From Polyangiaceae bacterium (GTDB lineage: Bacteria; Myxococcota_A; Polyangia; Polyangiales; Polyangiaceae): a stretch of DNA of 64,000 nt. Below, piece after piece: positions 55,023 to 63,851 of the stretch (within the stretch, counting starts at the first letter, position 1; each line of letters opens with the position of its first letter). The stretch lies in the NCBI GenBank assembly GCA_035688655.1, contig DASSMT010000317.1, positions 647 to 64,646 of the forward strand, written 5' to 3'. The notes under the pieces were generated by a model that did no database searches, was not told the origin of the DNA, and saw nothing but the letters and a program-made list of their open reading frames with translations. The position numbers and the translations under genes were made by a program.

Positions 55023-56201
55023 ATGGCTGCGAATGAACTAGGCAAGGGCGCGCAGGCGCTGATGGTCTTGGCGGCGGCTGCGATTGTGGCTGCCGCCATC
55101 AAGCTTGCAGCTGCCGTGGTCGCGCCCTTCCTCGTGGCGGCGTGCATCGCGATCGCCGTGCAGCCGATCTTTCGTTGGGTACACAGCTCACGAATCCCGG
55201 ACGTGAGCGCGGTTTTCATCTCATTGCTCGTCGTGCTCGGACTTTTGGCAGGCGTGGGCGCGCTGCTCGTGATGGCGCTCGCGAACCTGAGCGGCTCGGC
55301 CTCGCAATACGTCTCGTCGCTCCATCGGATTCAAGTTCAAGCGACGGTTTGGCTCGAGTCCCACCACCAGCACACCTTGGCGCAATCGCTGTCGGGTTCG
55401 CGGCTGGACACGATCCTGCAAGAGGCGATTACTTACGTGCTGGTCAGCCTGCCGACGGTCATGTCCGCGCTGCTGACAGTGTTGCTACTCGTCGCCTTCA
55501 TGTTGCTGGAAGTGACGACCGTGCCGAAGCGCTTGCAAGCCGCGCTCGGCTGGTCGCCGCGCACCTTCAGCGATCTTTCGCGCACGATGGGCGAAATTCA
55601 ACGCTACTTGAGCGTGAAGACCGCTACCAGCGCCGCCACCGGCCTATGTGCGGGACTTTGGTGCGCACTTTGCGGCGTCCCGAACCCGGCGCTCTGGGGC
55701 TTGGTGACCTTTGCGCTGCACTTCATCCCACCGGTCGGCGGGACGGTGGCTGCAATCCCACCGATCTTCGTCGCGTTGACGACCTACGGCTTTGGGCGGG
55801 CGGCCATGGTCTTGGGAGGGTTGACACTCTTCAGCAACATCATCGGCAATGTCATCGAGCCCAACGCGCTTGGACGTTCGCTCAGCGTCTCACCGCTGAT
55901 CGTGTTGGTGTCGATGTTTTGGTGGGGTTGGCTGCTCGGACCCATCGGCGCGCTGCTCTCGGTGCCACTGACGTTGATTGCCAAGATCGTGCTCTGGAAT
56001 ACCAGCGACCTGCACTGGGTTGCCGTGTTGCTCGGTCCAACCCCCCCTGCCAATGCCCGCAACTCTGCAGAGCCAAGCGCAAGTCGTGATTCGCTATTGC
56101 CGCCACCCAAAGGGGCAGCAGGCGCCGATTCCCCAGCGCCGCGTAGCAATGTGTCCCAAGGCCAGGCCGAATCGACGGGCAAGCTCATCCCACACGCGTG
56201 A
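55023..56201 (+). CDS. AI-2E (PerM/TqsA) family transporter
   Basis: Multiple TMs; FIPPVG, GNVIEP..LG..L.VSP, WGWLLGPIGALLSVP. Confidence 0.9.
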   Translation: MAANELGKGAQALMVLAAAAIVAAAIKLAAAVVAPFLVAACIAIAVQPIFRWVHSSRIPDVSAVFISLLVVLGLLAGVGALLVMALANLSGSASQYVSSLHRIQVQATVWLESHHQHTLAQSLSGSRLDTILQEAITYVLVSLPTVMSALLTVLLLVAFMLLEVTTVPKRLQAALGWSPRTFSDLSRTMGEIQRYLSVKTATSAATGLCAGLWCALCGVPNPALWGLVTFALHFIPPVGGTVAAIPPIFVALTTYGFGRAAMVLGGLTLFSNIIGNVIEPNALGRSLSVSPLIVLVSMFWWGWLLGPIGALLSVPLTLIAKIVLWNTSDLHWVAVLLGPTPPANARNSAEPSASRDSLLPPPKGAAGADSPAPRSNVSQGQAESTGKLIPHA

Positions 56202-56231
56202 GAACCAGGGGAAATCGGGATCTCGTAGACC

Positions 56232-56247
56232 TGGCATGATCTCTGCC
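56232..56247 (+). promoter_or_regulatory. sigma54 promoter
   Basis: TGGCATGATCTCTGCC. Confidence 0.62.
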
Positions 56248-56279
56248 CTTTGGCGGCAGCAGCGCCCCGGAACCATCGA

Positions 56280-56786
56280 ATGACACGCCACGCGCGCCTC
56301 ACTGTTCTCGAGCTCGGAGCTCCAGCGAAGACCTGGGCTTCTTGCCATGAGCTCGGAGCGGACGACTGGCTGGTGATTGCCCAACAGAGCGATGAAGACG
56401 CCAGCGACTTCAGCGAGCGCGTTCTGCAACGAGCGCGGCGGCTGTGCAGGGAGGGCGCACAACTGGATTCGGTGGATGTCTTTACTGGCTCGGCTCGGCT
56501 CTCGGCCGCAGCTCGACGGGACAGCATCGAAGAGCTCGCCGGGCGCTTGGTCGAAGGCGGACGATTGACCCTTTGGTCCGGCGGGAACGACGCTCGGGCG
56601 CAGGCGGAATTGACCGAGCTTTTGCGGCAATTATCGCCGCTTTTGGCAAAGCGTGAACTCGCGATCGAAGCCCAGGCGAGCGAGCTGGAGGCGAGCGAAC
56701 GGGACGAACGTTCCGGCGTGCGGCACGCGGTGCCCACCCGACCGTCCCAGTCCGACAGCGAATCCGAACTCGAACAGTCGGCTTGA
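56280..56786 (+). CDS. Hypothetical protein
   Basis: Coding-like ORF with acidic tail downstream of a sigma54 site. Confidence 0.6.
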   Translation: MTRHARLTVLELGAPAKTWASCHELGADDWLVIAQQSDEDASDFSERVLQRARRLCREGAQLDSVDVFTGSARLSAAARRDSIEELAGRLVEGGRLTLWSGGNDARAQAELTELLRQLSPLLAKRELAIEAQASELEASERDERSGVRHAVPTRPSQSDSESELEQSA

Positions 56787-56973
56787 CCGAATCTGAATTC
56801 ATCCCCTGGTAATACACAGCCTGGGGATATCGCTGGCACTCACTGGGTCTGAAGATTGCGTTGCCGATCCAGACAGGTGTCGAGCCGATGTCGAACGCGT
56901 GCAGCAATGTTGCGTTTGTCGTTCATGTTACGCGAACGCAACAAACTGCAACACCTGCGCCCATTCCCCCCTC

Positions 56974-58200
56974 TTACTTTTCTGGTTCTGATCGGCGGAA
57001 TTGCGGCAGGGCGAAGCGCCAGGCGGCAATTCGGGAGGGAACTTGCCGCAGTGAGGCCGCGGCAGGGACATGGATTCGGCCCTCGCGGATGCCTTGCACC
57101 AATACCGCGCTGCAGCCGCCGAGTACCGCCAAGCCGAACAGGACGCCGAGCCAGCGACGGCGCGGGCGCGGCCGTTGCGCCGCATCGTCCGCTGCCGGAT
57201 TGACGTCGCCTGCTGACGTCAGCTCGAATCCAGTCACCGAAGGTGCGTTGGTCGCCAGAGCGCTGAGCGCTGAGGCGAGTTGCAACACATCCGCAAAACG
57301 GCGTTCGCGGTCCTTCTCCAAGCAGCGACGGATGATGAACTCGAGGGCCGGGGGCACGTCGTCTCGGTAGTCCGAGACCGTCGGCGTTGGCTCGGTCAAC
57401 ACGGCGGCGCAGATGCGAGCGGTCCCCGGTCCCCGAAACGGCAGCACGCCGGTCAACAGCTCGAACATCACCACCCCGAGTGACCAGATATCGGTGCGCG
57501 CATCGACCTCCGAGGGAGCGGTGATCTGCTCGGGGGACATGTATTGCGGGGAGCCGACGCTCTCGCCGGGATTGGTCTGTGCTCGCATGCGGCGACCCGA
57601 AACCTGCTTCGAGACGCCGAAATCCACGATTTTGATCAGCGTGCGACCATCCGGCTGCGTGGCGCAGAACAGATTCTCGGGCTTCAAATCACGATGAATG
57701 ATGCCCTTGCCATGAGCTTCCGCGAGGCCATCACACACCTGGAGCATCAAGGCGCTGAGCTCCTCCGGCTGGAGCGGGCCGGATTCTCGCAAGACGGCAT
57801 ACATGTCCCGCCCAGACAGCAGCTCCATCACGATGAAGGGCTCACCGGTGCGCAACATGCCGCAGTCGAACACCTGGGCCACATGGCGTCGAAGTTGCGC
57901 CGCGAGCATCGCCTCGCGCATCAGCCGCTCCGCGACCAAGGGCTCTGCGGCCAGGCTGCGCCGCATCAACTTTACCGCGACCTCACGGGACAATACGGTG
58001 TCGTGGCAGGCGTAGAGTATTCCCATGCCGCCCTCACCGATCATGCGCAACACGCGGTAGCGGTCGGCAATCAAGGCGCCGGGCGGCAGGGCACTTTCGG
58101 CCGGCTCGCACGGACGATCCGTGGCCGCCTCACGCCATTGGGGCGGCATTTCCAAAAACGGAATGTCGAGTCCCGATGCCCGCGAGGACGAAGCAATCAT
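56974..58200 (-). CDS. Ser/Thr protein kinase with C-terminal TM
   Basis: GEGGMG, VAVK, HRDLKPEN, DFG, YMSPEQ; ATGA overlap with upstream regulator. Confidence 0.92.
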   Translation of the reverse strand: MIASSSRASGLDIPFLEMPPQWREAATDRPCEPAESALPPGALIADRYRVLRMIGEGGMGILYACHDTVLSREVAVKLMRRSLAAEPLVAERLMREAMLAAQLRRHVAQVFDCGMLRTGEPFIVMELLSGRDMYAVLRESGPLQPEELSALMLQVCDGLAEAHGKGIIHRDLKPENLFCATQPDGRTLIKIVDFGVSKQVSGRRMRAQTNPGESVGSPQYMSPEQITAPSEVDARTDIWSLGVVMFELLTGVLPFRGPGTARICAAVLTEPTPTVSDYRDDVPPALEFIIRRCLEKDRERRFADVLQLASALSALATNAPSVTGFELTSAGDVNPAADDAAQRPRPRRRWLGVLFGLAVLGGCSAVLVQGIREGRIHVPAAASLRQVPSRIAAWRFALPQFRRSEPEK

Positions 58201-59609
58201 GAGGAAACCCCATTGCTGGGCCTGTGCTCCTCGGCCTCGGGTGTCGGGTCGGCAGACGCGTAGCGCTCGAGCTTACGGTGCAAGGTGCGGCGATCCAGCC
58301 CCAATGCGTGTGCGGCGCGTGACTTGTTGCCTTCGAGCAGCTTGACGACGCGCACGATGTAGCGCCGCTCGAGCTCGTCGAGCGGGACGATCTCGCCGGG
58401 CTCGTCCGCGGGCAGCATCAGCCGCCCCGTGCGTTGGGCGCGCAGCCGCGGCGGGAGATCGTCGATGCTCAAATGACTGAAACGAGCGAGCGCGACCGCG
58501 TGTTCCATGCAGTTCTCGAGCTCACGCACGTTGCCCGGCCAATCATAGGCGAGCAGCCGCTCGGCCACGACCGGTGGCAAGTACATTTCGCCTTTCCCGC
58601 TGCGCTCCGAGGATCGGCGCAAGAAGCAGCTCGCCAACTTGAGCACGTCGCCCGTGCGCTCGCGCAGCGGAGGAACGTCGATTTGAATCACGTTGATCCG
58701 ATTCAGCAAATCTTCACGGAAGCGCCGCGCGGCGACCTCTTCTTGAAGATCCTTGTGACTCGCGGCGACGACGCGGGTCACGAACGGCACTTCTTCGTTG
58801 GAGCCGACCGGGCGCACCGTGCGCTCTTCCAGCGCACGCAGCAGCTTGGATTGCATCTCCAGCGGGATGTCGCCGATCTCGTCCAGAAATAGCGTGCCTC
58901 CCGAGGCACGTAGGAACAGACCCTCCTTGGCTGTCTTGGCATCCGTGAACGCGGACTTCGCGTGCCCGAAGAGTTCGCTCTCGAGCAGCCCAGCGGGAAG
59001 CGCCGCGCAATTGATGGCGACGAATGGCCCTTCCGGGTGCGGCCCGGCCGCGTGCAGCGCCTGGGCCACGCGCTCTTTGCCGGTGCCGGTCTCGCCCTGA
59101 ATCAGCACGGAAGCGTCGCTATTCGCGACGCGACGGATGGTCTCGTACACCCTCCGCATGGCGATGCTGTCGCCGATCAGATGACCGTCTTCCGAGAGGT
59201 GCTTGTCCGAATGGAGCTTCTTCACCTCGTGCTGCAGGCGTTGATGCTGCGCGGCGCGCGCGACGCACAGCCCGAGAAGCTTTTCGTCCACCGGCTTGGC
59301 CAAGAAATCGTAGGCTCCCGCGCGCAACGCGTTCACGGCGAAGTCCATATTGGCATAGCCGGTCACCGCGATGATTGGCGCCTCGTTGCCTCGAGCGACG
59401 AGCTTTTCGCACAGCTCGAAGCCGCTCATGGGCGTCATACTCAAGTCGGTGATGACCACCGAGAAGCGCTCACGCCCTGCATGCTCCAGTGCTTCCTCCC
59501 CAGAGGTGGTCGCGGTCACGCCGTAGCCGAGCCGAACCAGCATCGCTCGCAGCAGCTCGCAGTGGTCCTGATCATCGTCAACGAGCAGAATCGAATTTCT
59601 CATGGTCAC
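58197..59609 (-). CDS. NtrC-family sigma54-dependent response regulator (REC-AAA+-HTH), variant SAFTDA loop
   Basis: ITDLSM, GETGTGKE, ESELFGHAKSAFTDA, FLDEIG, WPGNVREL, Fis HTH; start 59609 (GTG) or 59603 (ATG). Confidence 0.92.
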   Translation of the reverse strand: MTMRNSILLVDDDQDHCELLRAMLVRLGYGVTATTSGEEALEHAGRERFSVVITDLSMTPMSGFELCEKLVARGNEAPIIAVTGYANMDFAVNALRAGAYDFLAKPVDEKLLGLCVARAAQHQRLQHEVKKLHSDKHLSEDGHLIGDSIAMRRVYETIRRVANSDASVLIQGETGTGKERVAQALHAAGPHPEGPFVAINCAALPAGLLESELFGHAKSAFTDAKTAKEGLFLRASGGTLFLDEIGDIPLEMQSKLLRALEERTVRPVGSNEEVPFVTRVVAASHKDLQEEVAARRFREDLLNRINVIQIDVPPLRERTGDVLKLASCFLRRSSERSGKGEMYLPPVVAERLLAYDWPGNVRELENCMEHAVALARFSHLSIDDLPPRLRAQRTGRLMLPADEPGEIVPLDELERRYIVRVVKLLEGNKSRAAHALGLDRRTLHRKLERYASADPTPEAEEHRPSNGVSS

Positions 59610-59674
59610 CCTGTCGGTTCTTGGGAGGGTCGATCTCGGTCCAGTCAGTCGCTGTCAGCCCAGTCGCCTGCGGC

Positions 59675-59690
59675 TGCATGAAACATGCCG
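59675..59690 (-). promoter_or_regulatory. sigma54 promoter
   Basis: CGGCATGTTTCATGCA. Confidence 0.62.
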
Positions 59691-60009
59691 GCGTTTGAGC
59701 CACATTCCCGCGCTGCCGCACGCCCACAACTGGCCGAATCTGCGCTGGTTGCAGCCGCAAAATGTCACAGCCACCGGTTCGCGCGAGGCGGAGCGCCGCG
59801 GATAGCCCTCTTCAGCACGAACCCCATCGCTCACTGCGGTTACGGCCGAGCACCGAGCGTCGACCAAGTTTCGGCCCCCTTTTCCGCTGAGGCCGATTGC
59901 CACACGACCCGCAAACATGTCACGCTGAGCCGATGAAATAAGCCAAAAACGAGCACTTCGTTTTGCGCACACTCCGGGAAAAAGCGTGCGCTGACAGGCT
60001 GTGGCGCCA

Positions 60010-60025
60010 CGGCACGCACCTTGCT
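60010..60025 (+). promoter_or_regulatory. sigma54 promoter
   Basis: CGGCACGCACCTTGCT. Confidence 0.75.
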
Positions 60026-60141
60026 TGACCGCGGCACGACGACGAATCGCCTCGCACCGCGCGAGCGCTTCGAGGTCGCGGCGCTCACGCGCTGAGGCGT
60101 TCCTGCACCAGCCAGCTTTCCCCAAACCAGTAGCAGGTCAC

Positions 60142-61548
60142 ATGAGTAACGGTCGAAAGATCCTAGTCGTAGACGATGATGAAGCCACCTGTGATTTGCT
60201 TCAGATGATGCTGAAGCGCCAGGACTACGAGGCAGTCACCGAGACCTCGGCGCGCGCAGCATTGAACCGTATCGCCAACGAGGAGTTCACGGCCGTGCTC
60301 ACCGATCTGGACATGGCGGAACTGGGCGGTATCGAGTTGTGTCAGCGAATTGCCGGGGTGCGCGCGGATATTCCGGTGATTGTGGTGACTGGAATGGGCA
60401 GCTTGGAGAACGCCATCGCCGCCATGCGCGCCGGTGCGTTCGACTTCGTGACCAAGCCAGTCGATCCTTCGCTACTCTCGATCAGCGTCAACCGCGCTTC
60501 ACAACACCGGGAGCTTCGCGAAGAAGTGCGACGACTCAAGGAAAGCGCGTCGAGCTTCAAGGTCGAAGGCGTGATCGGAAACAGTCCCGCGATGGAGCGC
60601 GTGTTCGATCTGGTCGCGCGCGTGGCCGAGGGCGATGCTTCCGTGCTCATTTCCGGCGAAACCGGCACCGGTAAAGAAGTCGTGGCCAAGGCCATCCACC
60701 AAGCGAGCGGCCGCAAGGGCGCGTTCGTCGCGGTGAATTGCGCCGCAATGCCGCCGCACCTGCTGGAGAGCGAGCTGTTCGGGCATGCGCGAGGCGCCTT
60801 CACGGATGCCAAATCTCAACGCACCGGGCTGTTCGCGCTGGCCGATGGCGGCACGCTGTTCTTGGATGAAATCGGCGAGATGCCCTTGGAAATGCAGCCA
60901 AAGTTGCTGCGTGCTCTGCAGGAAAGAACCATCCGTCCCGTGGGCGCCAACACGGAGGTCCCGTTCGACGCGCGCGTCATCACGGCCACCAACCGCGATC
61001 TCGAGAGCGAAGTGTACGAGAAGCGGTTCCGTGAAGATCTCTATTATCGCATCAACGTGGTGAAGATCGCGCTGCCGCCGCTACGCGAGCGCGGAATGGA
61101 TGTCGTGCACTTGGCAGCGCATTTCTTGCAGAACTTCGCGGCCAAGAGCACCAAGGGCGCGCTCACCCTCTCGGAAGGCGCCGCCGAAAAGCTGCTCGCT
61201 TACAACTGGCCGGGCAACGTGCGGCAACTGGAAAACTGCATGGAGCGCGCGGTGGCTCTGGCGCGTTTCAATCAAATCTCCGTCGATGACCTGCCAGAAA
61301 ACGTGCGCGGCTACACCGCCGACCGGTTCGTGGTAGCGGTCGACGAGATGGCCGAGGTGGTCAGCATGGACGAGCTCGAACGCCGCTACATTCATCGCGT
61401 GTTGGCCTTGGTCGAGGGCAACAAGTCGCGAGCGGCGCAGCTGCTCGGGTTCGATCGCAGGACCATGTACCGCAAGCTCGAACGCTATCAGTCCCGTCAG
61501 CAGTCGCCACGCGAACACGAGGCGCCGAAGCGTGCCCCCGAAGCCTGA
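60142..61548 (+). CDS. NtrC-family sigma54-dependent response regulator
   Basis: LTDLDM, GETGTGKE, GHARGAFTDA, FLDEIG, RFREDLYYRI, HTH. Confidence 0.95.
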   Translation: MSNGRKILVVDDDEATCDLLQMMLKRQDYEAVTETSARAALNRIANEEFTAVLTDLDMAELGGIELCQRIAGVRADIPVIVVTGMGSLENAIAAMRAGAFDFVTKPVDPSLLSISVNRASQHRELREEVRRLKESASSFKVEGVIGNSPAMERVFDLVARVAEGDASVLISGETGTGKEVVAKAIHQASGRKGAFVAVNCAAMPPHLLESELFGHARGAFTDAKSQRTGLFALADGGTLFLDEIGEMPLEMQPKLLRALQERTIRPVGANTEVPFDARVITATNRDLESEVYEKRFREDLYYRINVVKIALPPLRERGMDVVHLAAHFLQNFAAKSTKGALTLSEGAAEKLLAYNWPGNVRQLENCMERAVALARFNQISVDDLPENVRGYTADRFVVAVDEMAEVVSMDELERRYIHRVLALVEGNKSRAAQLLGFDRRTMYRKLERYQSRQQSPREHEAPKRAPEA

Positions 61549-62182
61549 TCCGCGGTTCCTAGCGATCACCGCGCATGATCTGCGCGGTGCGGTAGGTGTG
61601 CTCGACGGCGCCATGAAGGAGCTCACACGAGAGGTGTCCAGCCAAAACGCCGACGCCACGAAGCTCGCGCTGATGATGACGCGCAGCAGCCAGCGACTCT
61701 TGATGTTGGGCGATCGTCTTTCCGTGCTGGCGCGACTGATGGACGGCAACGACCTGGAGCTGGGCGAACCGACGGATCTCAGCGCGTTGGTCAAAGAAGC
61801 GGCCAACCGCGCGTTCACTGCCCATGCGCGGCGCACGCTGCGCCTGCGGCTGGATTTGCCGCCGGCGCCCGTCACCGTGGCGCTCAACGGTCAAACCATG
61901 GCCACGGCGATCTCCGAACTGTGTGTGCTGTTCTGCAGCTTCTCTCAGGCTGAGCTGCTCGTTCGGGTCACGTCCCACGCCGGCGTCGCCCAAGTCACCT
62001 TCGAGAGCGACAACTCGAGCGAGAGCGTTCAGCGCGCCCTCCGCGATCGCACGAGCACCACGCAGGCCAATGTCGGGATTGCGTTGGCCGAGGCGGTGGT
62101 CGCGCGACACAACGGCAAACTTCAGCTCGCGGACAATGACGGCTCGAATGCTCGGCTCGATCTGATTTTGCAGCGTTCTTAG
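61532..62182 (+). CDS. Sensor-less degenerate histidine kinase (possible ChpT-like phosphotransferase)
   Basis: H-box AHDLRG; HATPase-like fold without N-box Asn or DxGxG. Confidence 0.65.
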   Translation: MPPKPDPRFLAITAHDLRGAVGVLDGAMKELTREVSSQNADATKLALMMTRSSQRLLMLGDRLSVLARLMDGNDLELGEPTDLSALVKEAANRAFTAHARRTLRLRLDLPPAPVTVALNGQTMATAISELCVLFCSFSQAELLVRVTSHAGVAQVTFESDNSSESVQRALRDRTSTTQANVGIALAEAVVARHNGKLQLADNDGSNARLDLILQRS

Positions 62183-62583
62183 CTCTTGCCTCCGCCGCAG
62201 GAAACGACGGGCCTCAAATCCGAACCAGCAAAGCCAGCGCTGCCACCCGAACCGAAGCCCCCGAGGCCTCCGCCCAGTGGTTCGCCACGCAGCTTCAGAA
62301 ATTCGACCGGCCTCATCCGAATGGGGGCGCCGAACTCCGGCGCACGCACGAGCCGAAAGTCATCGGCGGGCTCGCCGTCCTCGACTCCCGGAGGATGCGC
62401 AATCGGTCCGATGGGGGCAGCGCCCGAATCTTCGACTGCGGGGCTGTTGGTTGACGCGTCTGGCCCGCCTGGCGGTTCCACGACGCGATCGCTGGTGTGC
62501 GTGCAGGCCGCGACAGAGAAAACGCCCGTGGCTGCGGCCAGCGCGGACGCCAGGAGCAATTTCGAAATCGCGTGGTGGGCCAT
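62179..62583 (-). CDS. Hypothetical lipoprotein
   Basis: Lipobox VAAC; Pro/Gly-rich body. Confidence 0.65.
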   Translation of the reverse strand: MAHHAISKLLLASALAAATGVFSVAACTHTSDRVVEPPGGPDASTNSPAVEDSGAAPIGPIAHPPGVEDGEPADDFRLVRAPEFGAPIRMRPVEFLKLRGEPLGGGLGGFGSGGSAGFAGSDLRPVVSCGGGKS

Positions 62584-62595
62584 GTGTTTCGATTG

Positions 62596-62611
62596 TGCAA
62601 CGCGCATGCCA
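62596..62611 (-). promoter_or_regulatory. sigma54 promoter (leaderless transcript)
   Basis: TGGCATGCGCGTTGCA. Confidence 0.75.
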
Positions 62612-62701
62612 TGCCTTCGTACCAACAGGCGTGGAAGAGCTTCGCGCCCGCGAAGCGAGCGCTCGCGCGCTCACTGAGGTGACTTTGCCGGCACGCCGCA
62701 A

Positions 62702-62717
62702 AGGCACATGCTTTGCA
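62702..62717 (+). promoter_or_regulatory. sigma54 promoter (leaderless transcript)
   Basis: AGGCACATGCTTTGCA. Confidence 0.7.
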
Positions 62718-62728
62718 ACGTTGCAGGC

Positions 62729-62995
62729 ATGCAGACGTTTCAACAGCGCTCGGGGGTGAACCAAGTCTCGCCAGCCGATATCGAGCTGCGCAACCAGATC
62801 CAAGCTGAAATGCACGGGCACGGCGCGGTCGATGCGACCAAGATCGGCGTCGTGGTGCGCGGCGGACAAGTCTTGCTCTGGGGTTCGGTGGCGAGCGAGC
62901 AGGAACGAACGCTGGCCGCTGAAATCGCTGCGCGTATCACTGCGCGGGCGGCGATCATCAATCACATTCAGGTGTTAGGAACGACACAGAGCTGA
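62729..62995 (+). CDS. Single BON-domain protein (OsmY-like)
   Basis: D.ELR..I...I.V.V.GG.V.L.G.V....E...A..IA....IINHIQV. Confidence 0.82.
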   Translation: MQTFQQRSGVNQVSPADIELRNQIQAEMHGHGAVDATKIGVVVRGGQVLLWGSVASEQERTLAAEIAARITARAAIINHIQVLGTTQS

Positions 62996-63164
62996 GCGGG
63001 TTGCTGCCGCCGTTCCATGAGCGAACTGCCTCGCGCCGCCATTCCGCGCAATTTTGGCGCGATCAACTGGATCTGGCAACTGTATCCGCGGCGCAAATCA
63101 CCACACCACACTCGAGCGGGCGCCCTGCTCCTCGTGCCGAACTCGGACGAGAGCGTCGCTCGGC

Positions 63165-63368
63165 TCAGGGCAGACTGTGCTGGCTTTGTCGCTTGCCGCG
63201 AACGCGACCCGGCGCCGTACGCATCCACGCGATACCCACCACGTACGCGATGGTGATTCCGGACAGCACCACGATCAGCGCAGCGATGATCGAGTGGAAC
63301 GCGATACTGGTGATGAATGCCGCCACGAACAGCAGCGCGATGAGAGCACCTTGAACTTGACGCTTCAT
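63165..63368 (-). CDS. Small two-TM membrane protein
   Basis: MKRQVQGALIALLFVAAFIT...; sigma54 site immediately upstream. Confidence 0.62.
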   Translation of the reverse strand: MKRQVQGALIALLFVAAFITSIAFHSIIAALIVVLSGITIAYVVGIAWMRTAPGRVRGKRQSQHSLP

Positions 63369-63379
63369 ACCCTCGGCTG

Positions 63380-63395
63380 AGCAATCCACATGCCA
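63380..63395 (-). promoter_or_regulatory. sigma54 promoter (leaderless transcript)
   Basis: TGGCATGTGGATTGCT. Confidence 0.75.
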
Positions 63396-63550
63396 CGCTC
63401 ATTGCGCACGACTCGCTGGGCTCGCCCGATTGCCGGCGTCTGCTTGTGACGGCTTCGTCGCCCCGCTGAGGCGGATCGTCACAAGCCAGAAACCCCCGAC
63501 AAATACGCCAAACAACGTTGGATTCTTGGCCGCGAATGATCCACGCAGGC

Positions 63551-63566
63551 TGGCACGCTGACTGCA
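63551..63566 (+). promoter_or_regulatory. sigma54 promoter (leaderless transcript)
   Basis: TGGCACGCTGACTGCA. Confidence 0.75.
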
Positions 63567-63578
63567 AAGACGTGAAGC

Positions 63579-63788
63579 ATGAAATTGCTCGAGCTCACGC
63601 TCTTCAGCAGTGTGCTTCTAGCTTGCAGCCACAAGCCCGCGAATGCACCCGGGCCCGCGCAGAAGGCCGGCGCCGCGCTGGACCAAGGCGCGCACGATGC
63701 CAAAGAGACCACGAAAGAGGCGGGAAGAAAGCTGGGCGAGGAAAGCGATAAAGCGGGCGAGAAGCTGCGGGACAAGCATGGCGATTGA
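63579..63788 (+). CDS. Small hydrophilic lipoprotein
   Basis: Lipobox LLAC; GPAQKAG..LD, K/E/A-rich amphipathic tail. Confidence 0.75.
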   Translation: MKLLELTLFSSVLLACSHKPANAPGPAQKAGAALDQGAHDAKETTKEAGRKLGEESDKAGEKLRDKHGD

Positions 63789-63851
63789 GCCGGCCGCAGC
63801 ACGATTCAACGCGTCACTCATGCCCAGAGGAACCAACAGCGAGAGGAACCC

